64,000 nucleotides of DNA, from NCBI GenBank assembly GCA_002104905.1, contig MCFE01000231.1, positions 1-64,000 of the forward strand. The letters run 5' to 3'. Each line of letters starts with the position of its first letter. Position 1 is the first letter of the stretch. Below the pieces are notes generated by a model. That model made no database searches, was not told the DNA's origin, and saw only the letters and a list, made by a program, of their open reading frames with translations. This DNA comes from Basidiobolus meristosporus CBS 931.73 (lineage: Eukaryota; Fungi; Basidiobolomycota). The position numbers and the translations under genes are program-made. Below, one piece after another: positions 26,058 to 37,010 of the stretch.

Positions 26058-27189
26058 TGCAATTGCTCTGAATTGCTCATATTTGTAATGATCCTGACAA
26101 CCCATTTTTTTGCAATCCAAATTGAGCCATTGCAAATTAGTGATCATCAAATTTTTGATATAAGTAATATCAAGGTTGTCTCACATTTGAGACAGAACCC
26201 CTATAAATAAACACCCTGCATATATATATGTCATCTGTAATACCAGTGCAGCTATTGGATCTGTTTTGCACCTACACAATTGCTTGCGTGCTAGCTATGA
26301 CACCTTGTCCAATCACTAGGATCAGGGATTTACTTGCTCAATGGGCAAAATGGGATATTTGGTGGCAAATCAGGTAGCTTTTATAGTAGTCAATGAGCCA
26401 ATTGGGGGCTGCCAGCTTCAGGATACTTTTGGACCAATTAACCACTGAGATACCATCCAATTGGAGTGAGGGTAACCAAAATGGTAAGTATGAGTGTAGT
26501 TTATAGTGTGATACACATATATTACCATTTACATCAAAGAAACATATCCAAATACCGGATTTTACCTGCCATAATAGCGGTATCCAATTACACATGTGAT
26601 GTAAACATTACGAGTTGGCGCAATCATCCGTGCCAACCTCATTGTGTCAGATTGTGCCATAGTGTGCAAGATCCTCCCGCATAGTGCAAAATTGTCCAAG
26701 AACAATCCTGCCATCTGGTAGCTAAAATATTGCACCTAATCCTCCTTTACAACCGCAGATAGTGCCGTGCGCCCTGGCACAGTACAATGGAACAAGTCTA
26801 TTGGCTAAAAACCAACATGTTCTTTGCAGATATTCAGGAGGTATTCAAAACAAAAGTGGTTGCAACTAAGCACATGTTTGCAAAATATATATGTTACCAG
26901 CACTACCAGGTATATGGCACCTTTGCAAGTATCACACTGAAAAGCTGTAAAGTCAATGTGATAGAAGTATGTCATTTTCAACCAGTGTGCATCTATGGGG
27001 AGGTTAGTATGAAGGAGGCCATAGTTTTTTTATTCAACCTCTATGTGGAATACCCAAGATTCTAGAGGTGAGGTAAATAAAGAGGGGTGAATCTGCTGTA
27101 AAATATATGAATGGCTCATAGGGAGGTAGAAAATGGAAATGTCATTTGACAAGTTGGTTAGGGTTGGTTCTAAACCTATACTATATGTT

Positions 27190-27645
27190 TGCTATGCCAA
27201 GACCATGTAAAGTATAACTCCTACTGTTGCATTCAATGAGTCATTAAGTGAAAACCACATAATCTATTGTCCTCCTAGGCACTTCCAGTATCTCATAGAC
27301 TTTTAAAATAGGTTATGAGCCCAAAACTGTCATTTTCTGCAATATATACTACTGCTATTACTGGATTTGCATTCTCTGCTGAAAAGATGGATGGGTGTAA
27401 CTACCAAGTGCAAAAGGTGCCAAAGAAGATGCTACTACAGGAAAGAGGTCTTTGGGATGTAGCAATAGGAGACCAATGCCCTCCAACAAATAAAGGAGAG
27501 GGATCCTTAAAGTACCAGAAGTAAGAACAAAGTGCCTTCAACCCCATTTGCCTCCATGGTAACAACAAATTGCTCATTCAATGCTCAAGAGAAAAAACGG
27601 CAGAGAACACCTGGAAGGCATTAGAAGCCACATACCAGTCAGAAT
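27190..27645 (+). mobile_element. Copia family C2 5' fragment (partial LTR, PBS GGTTATGAGCCC at 27311-27322, gag start)
   Basis: Homologous to the LTR at 41197-41545 and to gag at 41717-42310 (MDGCNYQVQK..LLQERGLWD). Confidence 0.8.
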
Positions 27646-30600
27646 CCAATTGGCCAGGAAATCCAGTTGCCTTATGTGGTAAGAAACCTGACAGTATTTG
27701 GATGGCTTCACAGCAAAACTCCAATGGCATTATATTGGCAGTATGACAGCCTACAGCTGGATCTGTATAGGCTACCATACCAATTTACCAAATGGTATTT
27801 CCTTTTCCTACCTCCCCCTATGCAATTCATATATTCCACAGTAGAATCACCCCTCTTTGTTTGCTTACTCACTACTACTCTAGGTATTCCACATATAGTT
27901 TGAATCAAAAAACACTATGGCCTTCTGCTTACTAACCTCTACAAACATGCACACCTGCCACAATTGACATACTTCTATCACCTCAGCTTTATAGATGCTT
28001 AGGGTGATATATGCAAAGTTGCCATATACCTTGTACTGCTGGCAACATATACATCTTACAAACATATGCTTGGTTGTTGCCATTTCTGCCAGGAATACCT
28101 CCTGAATATCCACAAAGAACTTCTTGGTATTTAGCTAATATGTTCCTTCTCCCTTCTAGATTCTAGTCCGCCTTATAGGTGTGCTCTGGCTTTTGTTTGT
28201 GTGAATTCCATATTGAATAGTTTAGAAGCTGGCTTGTTATCAGGAGAAATCTGGCATATCTCAGTAGAATTTTCCCAATGAAAATTAGTTGCTTGTTGCA
28301 CACAACCCAACTTTGCATTGCTTTACTGATTACGCATACATTGGGGCTGCTTAGCTTCTTAATGCCATAGCCATGGGTGTCTCCATGTGGACATCTGTCC
28401 TCAGTATTTTCCAACTCTTCTGGGCTCTCCTCCATGTGCCAACTCATCACATCCATGATGGACTTGAAGGTAATATTCTTGATGAGATTGGGATATAATA
28501 GTGCCTGCAATTTGACTTGTCTTCCTGTCTCCCCACACATAGGCTCCATAGGAAACTCCCAAAAGGTGAAGCAAGGCCCATTATTCTTCACACACTGTGC
28601 AAGATGGAGTAGAGAAAGGATACAATAGTGGTAGAGATCTACATATTCAGCCTTATGCTTGAAGTATAGCCGCTCAAATGCTGTCACAAACTTCTCACAC
28701 AACAGCTGTAGATGTATCATGTTGGCATTGGTGATACGCTTCTGGATAAATGTTCCTACAATGTCTGCATATGACTTCCAATGCTTCCAATGTACTCTTG
28801 GTGGGAATGGCTTTAGAACACCACATGAATCAATATGTATCCAGTTCATCCAGTTTTTGCATTTGTATTGTTACATATGTGTATGAATATTAATTGGAGC
28901 CCGCAAGAAGTACCTAGGGTAGCAGATACTCTGTAATATCTTGCCAATTCTTTCAAATTTTTATGGTATCTTGAACAGCTCATTTAGCTTAAAATGCCCC
29001 ATGTACAACTTGGTCATCAGTAAAGGGATATTGCCGACAAGCAAATGCATTGCTCCCAGCAGAAAGCTTTTGCCCCAACAGTTACCCTCTATCTTAAGTA
29101 TTTCCAGTTTCCAATTGATTCCATATTCCAGCGAAAGGCGTATAGCTTGCCAACTTTGCTGCAATTGCATGCTAGTGAGACTACCATCAGATTACTGTGT
29201 TGATACTGTAAGACAGGTGGCAGATTCAGATTGATGAGAATCAGTGGCTAGCAGGACTTGATGGTAGAGTACTTGTTTAATGAGAATCCATCAAGTGCTA
29301 AAGCAAAGGCATGTTCATACGTACCTACAAAGTAGCCCTTGCTTCTTAGCTGTTTGTAAGGCTTGCCATCATATATATTGGATATGTTTGCACTTGATTG
29401 ATACTCAGTGCAGTACTGTATAGCTTTGCAATATTTGTTGGACTGCATCAGCTTCCTCAGATGGAGTATGACTGGAATATATCCACAGTGTGATCAATGT
29501 TTTCACTCAATGGTGGTGGACTCCCAATAATATGTACACATTGCAATGGTAGCATTTTTGGATGTGAATGCCATGCAACTGTTAGTCCATGCTGGAATCA
29601 GGACACTCTCTGGATCATATGTTGCCAGCCATATGATGGTTGTCCACTTGTACCATATACATGGTAAGTTGCATCCTGGAGTGATTTTGGTAAGAAGTAG
29701 TAATAATTTCTCAAAGCCCCCATTACTGATATTTGTGGAAACATGCCACTTCTCTAGCCACAATATTACATCATTCACCAGCAGATGGATTACTGGGCTC
29801 ACTTGGCTCCATCAAGTATCCTTGGCATTTGTCTCAACAGGTGCTATCTCATTGCATATTGGGATTTGACCTGGCTCATACATGGTACTGTTGATAGGGG
29901 AGACAGGCTCAAAATCCAGCAGGTAACCTTTGTTGTCAGAGCTATCACTCTGCATGCCATATTTAGAAAGCTGAGGTAAGCCTAAAGGCATCACAAACTC
30001 ACCTGACTTAGTTTGCACAAGGTGACAGGGATGGCCAGGTGCCAATATAGGAGTATCAACTGGCCAGCAAGATAATGTTGGTACAGTTGTAATCAATGAA
30101 TGATCAAACATGACTTGGGTGGTAAATCACTGACCATGATCCTTGTAATACCACAATAGCCACATGATTTTTTTTCTCTTCTCTTATGGCATTGAATCAA
30201 GGTAGTCTTGTCCATGGAGCAAACTATTTAACCTTCAACAATGTAATGCTATTATATCACTTTTTGGTCAATACTCATGTGAACTTAAGACAGTCTTGTA
30301 TTTGTGACATTGCACCTACATGAATGTAAGATTCAATGATGACCCACCAAAGTAAGCATTATAAATAAAGTTGTGGCACCACATGCACACGTATTTGTAA
30401 CACTATTTCCCCTTTGGTTAGACTCACTTCCATATATAAGCTGCCAAAAAATAAAGCAAAGTTGTCTGGTTCTCAATCAAACCCCCCTATGAAAAATTAT
30501 TGAGATGATCCCATCAAAAGGCCGTCACAAAGTTAATGTCCTGTGACTGTGAGGTACTGAACTTGTCAGGACTCCATCCAGAGACCATTGAAAAATAATT

Positions 30601-30814
30601 GCACCCCAGATTTCACAAAAACTTTGTCAAAATTTTTCATCACAATAATGTATAAGTGGCTTTTGATTGGTTCCCTGCCAATTTGCTCACTTTCTGATCC
30701 CAGACACTCTATTGCCTCCTACGTTTGTGTGAATTGATTGGCTATTGCCTCTTTTTCACACTCCTTATTTCCTGACTCAGCCGTTTCTCTTACTATTCAT
30801 GTGTACAAATTGAT

Positions 30815-32881
30815 TTATTTCCGTTGAAACTTCAGTTGTACCTCAATTGCCAATTGTTCTGACCTATACAAGTCTCTATACCCTACACTAACATTAAGCC
30901 CAACCCCACACTCAACAAGTAACTCCATTAAAATCCACCACTCAATAAGTATTTCTGCTGTAACGCCCTGGTTCCACAACTTTGGCGGGAACCCAATGGC
31001 TTTATGCCACTGTTCATTCACTGCTTCCCACAGGTCCTGGTCTTCAGCTGGCACTGCAAGGTCTAGCTCCTCTTCTGCCAGTCTTTGCAATAAATCCTTG
31101 CAATATTCCAGTGCATTTTCTTGAGCACTGCTCTTGAAGAAGTGCTGCAACCACTTAGTGTGCCTATTAATGTTCTAAAACTCCACTGAAGGCATTGTGA
31201 TAGTCTTTTGAGCTCTTGAAGCTGTAGCCTTGTCTGTCAGTGGGATCTCCACTCTGTCAACAATGGAGGCTGTGGAGGCTGTGGTAGACAAATTGCCTTT
31301 TTCAGCAAACTCATCTACCTTGCTGGAGTGTAGCTCAACTGGCTGCGCTTCCAACTCTTGTGAAACAGCTGTTTTCTTGTTTGTAATTCTTCTTGGCTAT
31401 GATGGGATTCAGTCTGTTCCTGGCTTGCGGCGTTAATTGGCAAGAACTGCAGTTTTTTTTGCATGCCTCCCTCTCTCAGGCTGGGGTAGATATTTTTCCC
31501 TTTACCTTTTCCTTTATCACTGCCAGGTCTTTCACTGCTACTTTGTCTGAGTGCTTCTTGTAAAGAACTACATTTTCTCCTGGATAAATTCTGCTCTGAT
31601 GCATCTGTTTTGGCCTGCTTGTCCCTTGCTGGCACTCTTCTGGCAACCTGACGTTTCTTTTCAGCTTATTTTGAGCTCTCAACCATAGTTGTGATGGGCT
31701 CCTGTAAAAGTGGCTGGTTTTTATCACTGCCAGGTCCTTCACTGCTACTTTGACTGGGTGCTTCTTGAGTGGTACTACGCTTTTTCCTTGAAAAATGTTG
31801 TGCTGGTGCATCCATGTCTGCCTACTTGTCCTTAATTGGCACTCTTCCAGCTGACTGAGGTCTCTTTGATGCTTGTCTGGAGCTTTTGGCCTGCTTGTAA
31901 TGGGCTCTTGAGGAAGCTGCTGGTTTTTAGCCATGGCACCCTTGTTCTTCTACCTTTGATAGTTTCTGCTATTCTTAAGATACTTTCTTAGCATACCAAC
32001 GCTGGCCCAAAATCTGTTTGCCCATTTGAATCTAGGATAATGCTCATGGAACAAGTCAATTGCATTCTGCTTGGCCTTGAGTTCCTGATGGTCCCATGGT
32101 AGGCCAGCCTTAAGGTGATGGCGTGCTAGATTTCTGACAGCCTCTTGTCTATTAGCCCACTCTTCATTATTGCACTCAACGGCTTCACAGATCTTCAATG
32201 TCTTTTGATTTTTAGGCTTTGGTATAAACACCACATTGTCTCCCTCCCATGCTGTGATAGGTTTTTCTGTGGGCTTTATCTTTGGGCACTGTTGTTGTGC
32301 TTCAAAGACTGTATGGTGTTCCTCTGCTGTTACATCAGGAAATGGCTCAATTCTTGGCTGTGGCATTGAGCTACTTGAGTTCCTTCTTTGCAGCAAAGAT
32401 ACTGCTTTCTCTACCTGGGATATTGATTGCTCTACACGTATTATCCGCTCATCCTGTTTCTGGACTACTTCCTGATTTCTCTGGGCCATTGCATTTATCC
32501 TATCAGCCACTGCACCTGATTGTTTCATTAATGCTTTGGTATGAGCTGACAACATACTTGCTAATATGGGTGGGGTGATGTTATCATGGCCACTTGCTGA
32601 TCTTCAACAGAGGGTACTGCATTTGCTACATTCTCATCTGCCTGAGCATAACGGTCAGCCTGTGGCTCTGCAGAGGTTCTCAATTGCCTACTTGACTGAG
32701 AGCCTGAGGAGTCTGCATTATTACCTTCAATGGGCACACTGTCTACAGGGCCTTTTTTGGATGTAGCCCCGCTTGTTGCACTGAATGACAAAGCAAGCTG
32801 TTGTCCAACTGTTCTTCTGTTGCCATCAGCGGTGGGGTTTGGTTGAGAACCAGACAACTTTGCTTTATTTTTTGGCGGCAT
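30815..32881 (-). pseudogene. CACTA ORF2 (TnpA position), unknown family, fragmented
   Basis: Track ORFs 32561-32881, 31950-32555, 31476-31934, 31315-31635 and 30815-31150 are colinear with 37049-39070 and 17352-18798. They contain a coiled-coil-like segment, a W-rich helical segment and internal repeats. Confidence 0.75.
31513..31770. repeat. Internal duplication in ORF2, period 207 bp (69 codons)
   Basis: TTTATCACTGCCAGGTC..TCACTGCTACTTTG at 31513 and 31720; encodes the QSSSE(R/G)PGSDK-type motif. Also seen at 38140-38380. Confidence 0.7.
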
Positions 32882-33103
32882 ATATATGGAAGTGAGTCAA
32901 ACCAAAGGGGAAATAGTGTTACATATACATGTGTATGTGGTGCCACAACTTTATTTATAATGCTTACTATGGCGGGTCATCATTGAATCTTACATTCATG
33001 TAGGTGCAATGTCTCAAATACAAGACTGTCTTAAGCTCACATGAGTATTGACCAAAAAGTGATATACTAGCGTTATGTTGTTGAAGGTCAAACTGTTTGC
33101 CCC

Positions 33104-35795
33104 ATGGACAAGACTACTTTGACTCAATGCTGTAAGAGAAGAGAAAAAAGACCATGTGGCTATTGTGGCAAGCCTCTCAGCCATGAAGCACGCAGACAGC
33201 ATAGGAAGTATTACAAGGATCACGGCCAGTGTTTTGCCACCCAAGCCATATTTGACCATTCATTGGTCACTACTGTACCAACATTATCTTGCCGGCCAGT
33301 TGATACTTCTATATTGGCACCTGGCCGTCTTTGTCACCTTGCGCAAACTGAGTCAGGTAAGTTTGTGACGCCTTTAGGCTCACCTCAGCCTTCTGAATAT
33401 GGCACACAGAGTGATAGCTCAGACAAAGAAGGTTCACTGAGGGATTTTGAGCCTATCTCCCCTAACAATAGTACCATGTATGAACCCGGTCAAATCCCTA
33501 TATGCAATGAGACAACACCCATCAAGACAAATGCCAAGGATACTTTATGGAGCCAAGTGAGCCCAGTAATCAATCTACTGGTGAATGATGTGATGTTGTG
33601 GCTAGAGAAGTGGCGCGTTTCCACTAATATCAGTAATGGGGGCTTTGAGGGTTTATTACTACTTCTTACCAAAATCATACCAGGATGCAACTTACCATGT
33701 GCATGGTACAAGTGGACAACCGTCATGCGGCTGGCAACATATGATCCAGAGACTGTCCTGATTCCAGCATGTGTTAACAGTTGCATGGCATTCACATCCA
33801 AAAATGCTACCATTGCAACATGTCCAAATTGTCAGGAATTCACCACCATTGAGGGAAAACATTGTTCACACTCCGGATATATTCTGGTCATACCCCATCT
33901 GAGGAAGCTGATGCAGTCCAACAAATATTGCAAAGCTATACAGTACTGCACTCAGTATCAATCAAGCGCAAACATATCTGATATATTTGATGGCAAATAT
34001 TACAAGAAGCTAAGAAGCAAGGGCTAATTTGAAGGTATGTATGACCATGCCTTTGCTTTAGCACTTGATGGATTCTCATTAAACAAGTACTCTACCAGCA
34101 AATCCTGCTGGCCACTGATTCTCATCAATCTGAATCTGCCGCCCATCTTACAGTATCAGAGCAATAATCTGATGGTAGTCTCACTGGTATCTGGGCCTAA
34201 ATCACCATCCAACCTGGATAGCTACCTGTATCCATTGCTGAATGAATTTTGTATGCTTTCCAGCGGGATAATGGTGAATGGCCATCATGTAAAAGCGCAT
34301 ATTATTATCTGCATTGGAGATACCCCAGCCATCAGCAAGATAGCAGGTTTTTCCGGGCATAATGGATGGTATAGCAGTCAAATGTGTGAGATCCAGGGGA
34401 TTTACTCCATAACTCACACACATTATTAGTACCCAAACACCAGCACTAAGAGCAACATCTTTCCATAGAGAGAACGTATAGAAGTAAGCATGCAATTGCA
34501 GGAAAGTTGGCAAGCTATAAGCCATTGGCCAGAATATGGAATCAATTGGAAACTGGAGATACTTAAGATAGAGGGTATCTGTTGGAGCAAAAGCTTTCCA
34601 CTGGGAGCAATGCATTTGCTTTTCAACAATATCCCTACACTGATGACCAAGTTGTACATGGGGCATTTCAAGCTAAATGAGCCCTTTGAGATACCGGAGA
34701 AATTTGAAAAAATTGGCAAGATATTACAGAGTATCCGCTACCCCAAGTACTTCTCACAGGCTCCAATTAATATTCATACGCATATGCAACAATACAAATG
34801 CAAAGACTGGATGAACTGGATATGTATTGATTCATGTGGTGTTCTAAAGCCATTCCCACCAAGAGTACATTGGAAGCATTGGGAGTCATATGTGGACATT
34901 GTAGGAATATTTATCCAGAAGCGGATCACAAATGCCAACTTGACACATCTACAGCTTTTGTGTGAGGAGTTTGTGACGGGATTTGAGCAGCTATACTACA
35001 AACATAAAGCTGAACATGTAGATCTCTGCCGCTACTGTATCCATTCTCTACTCCATCTTACACCGTGTGTGGAGCATATTGGGCCTTGCTTCATCTTTTG
35101 GGAGCTTCCTATGGAGCGGATGTGTGGGGAGATGGGAAGATGAGTCAAGTTGCAGGTACTACCATATCCCAATCTCATCAAGAATATTACCTTCAAGTCT
35201 GTCATGGATGTGATGAGTTGGCACATGGAGGACAGCCAGAAAGAGTTGGAAAATACTGAGGACAAATCTGCACATGGAGACACCTATGCCTATGGCATTA
35301 AGAAGCTAAGCAGCCACAATGCGTGGGTAATCAGTTAAGTAATGCAAAGTTGGGTTGGGTGCAACAAGCAACTAATTTTTATCAGGAAAACTCCACCAAG
35401 ATATGCCAGATTTCTTGTGGTCACAAGCCAACTTCTACACCATTCAATATGGAATTCACACAAACAAACGCCAGAGCGCACCTATAAGGGGAACTAGAAT
35501 CCAGCACGGAGAAGGAATATATTGGCTAAATACCAAGAAGTTCTTTGCCAATATTCAGGAGGTATTCATGGCAGAAGTGGCAACAACCAAGCATATGTTT
35601 ACAAGATGTATATGCTACCAGTAGTACAAGGTATATGGCAACTTTGCAAGTATCACACTAAAAAGCCGTAAAGTTGAGGTGATAGAAGTATGTAAATTGC
35701 AGCAGGTGTGCGCATTTGTAGAGGTTAGTAAGCAGGAGGCCATAGTTTTTTTTGATTTGAACTATATGTGGAATACCCAAGGTAGTAGTGGGTAA
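33104..35795 (+). pseudogene. Tnp2/Transposase_21 (En/Spm-type) transposase with stops and frameshifts
   Basis: ACVNSCMAF..CPNC, ISDIFDGKYY, FALALDGF, CWPLILINLNLPP, VSGPKSPSNLDSYLYPL, CIGDTPAISK, HSLLHL..GP..WELPMERMCG. Confidence 0.92.
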
Positions 35796-36240
35796 ACAAA
35801 TAAAGAAAGGTGATTCTACAGTGGAATATATGAATTGCACAAGGGGAGGTAGAAAAGGGAAATACCATTTGGTAAATTGGTACGGTAGCATTATACATAA
35901 CCAGCAGCAGGCCGTCATACTGCCATAAAAAAAGCCATCAGAGTCTTGCTGTGAGGCCGTCAAAATACCATCAAGTTTCTTGCCATATAAGGCAACTGGA
36001 AGTCCTGGCCAACTGGATCCACTTAAAATAGTAATAGAGCGCTGAGAGACCGCAACAATAACATGCAAATATTGTCACAGCACCGATCAAAAATTGTCAA
36101 GTTTTATCCCTTTATTTGGCTGCAAAATTTGCAAAACACCGTCATGATCTTGTTATAAGATTGTCAGGAGGGTCACTAATTCCAAGCTGCTGTTATGATG
36201 ACGGTCTCTGAACAGGATCTTGACGGAAGATCTGGACTGG

Positions 36241-37010
36241 TGTGGTGGTGTAGAGGTACTCCTGGGAGAAGCTACACAACTCAAGGTGTGTGAGGTGTCT
36301 GATGGGTGCAATAACCTCTGTGTCTAAACTGCTGGTGTCTTTGTCAATATGTCACTATGGTAAAAGCTCCTGCTTCTCTAGCTTCCTAGGTGCTCCAAGT
36401 GTCTCCAAAGGCCACTGTGTGTCTTGTGCACTACCCTGAAAAGCTCTTTGATTGCAGGTCTGAGATGTACTGTTGAAGGCAGGTGCAGTGATCAACTGCT
36501 AATCAATAAGGTAGAAGTGTTACTGATAGAAGGGATGATTTATTGATGAGGGATTGCTTTCCCTTAAATACTTTTCCTGATTGCCAAGTGACTACTAATG
36601 ACAAGGTTCTAGAAGATTCTAGGCATTGGTGGAATTCTTGATGACATCACTATGAGCTAAAAATATGCCAAGAATGTCCTAGAAGGTTCTAAAGGGCACA
36701 GCACATCTAACCAATCAGGAATCAGTAGTCTGAAACCTGTGCAACATAGAAATACCATATATGGTATTGAAATGGTAGGGATGGTAACACAGACCTAGGT
36801 CATGTGCCACGGGTACTGACGTGGGTACTTGTCTTATGTAGATACATATACTGATCACAAAGCTGAATAACATCTGGGATAACTAATGCTAATAACTAAT
36901 CAGGGTAAACATCATATGGGGATAATACTGATAAGATAAAATATGGATAAGTATATAATAATGACTATATGTATAAACTTGTCTGTGGGAGGTATGTTTA
37001 CCCTACCACA
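36241..37010. mobile_element. Solo LTR, family S variant (770 bp)
   Basis: TGTGGT...ACCACA with flanks CTGG / TTGG. Internal 36480-36800 matches 16540-16850. The host right end is continuous across it (compare 20455-20506). Confidence 0.85.

Larger units (their letters stand above)
22299..26799. mobile_element. PHIS/Harbinger-type DNA transposon, copy B, complete (about 3.4 kb without the nested solo LTR)
   Basis: 15-bp TIR AGACTTGTTCC(G/A)TTG and 3-bp TSD ATT (22296-22298 / 26800-26802). Transposase (-) and ORF2 (+) are divergent. Confidence 0.93.
21240..27140 (+). mobile_element. Old CACTA transposase fragment, split by PHIS copy B
   Basis: 21240-22298 and 26803-27140 are colinear with 34450-35870. 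The empty-site sequence GAATATATTGGCTAAA is seen at 35516-35531. Confidence 0.85.
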
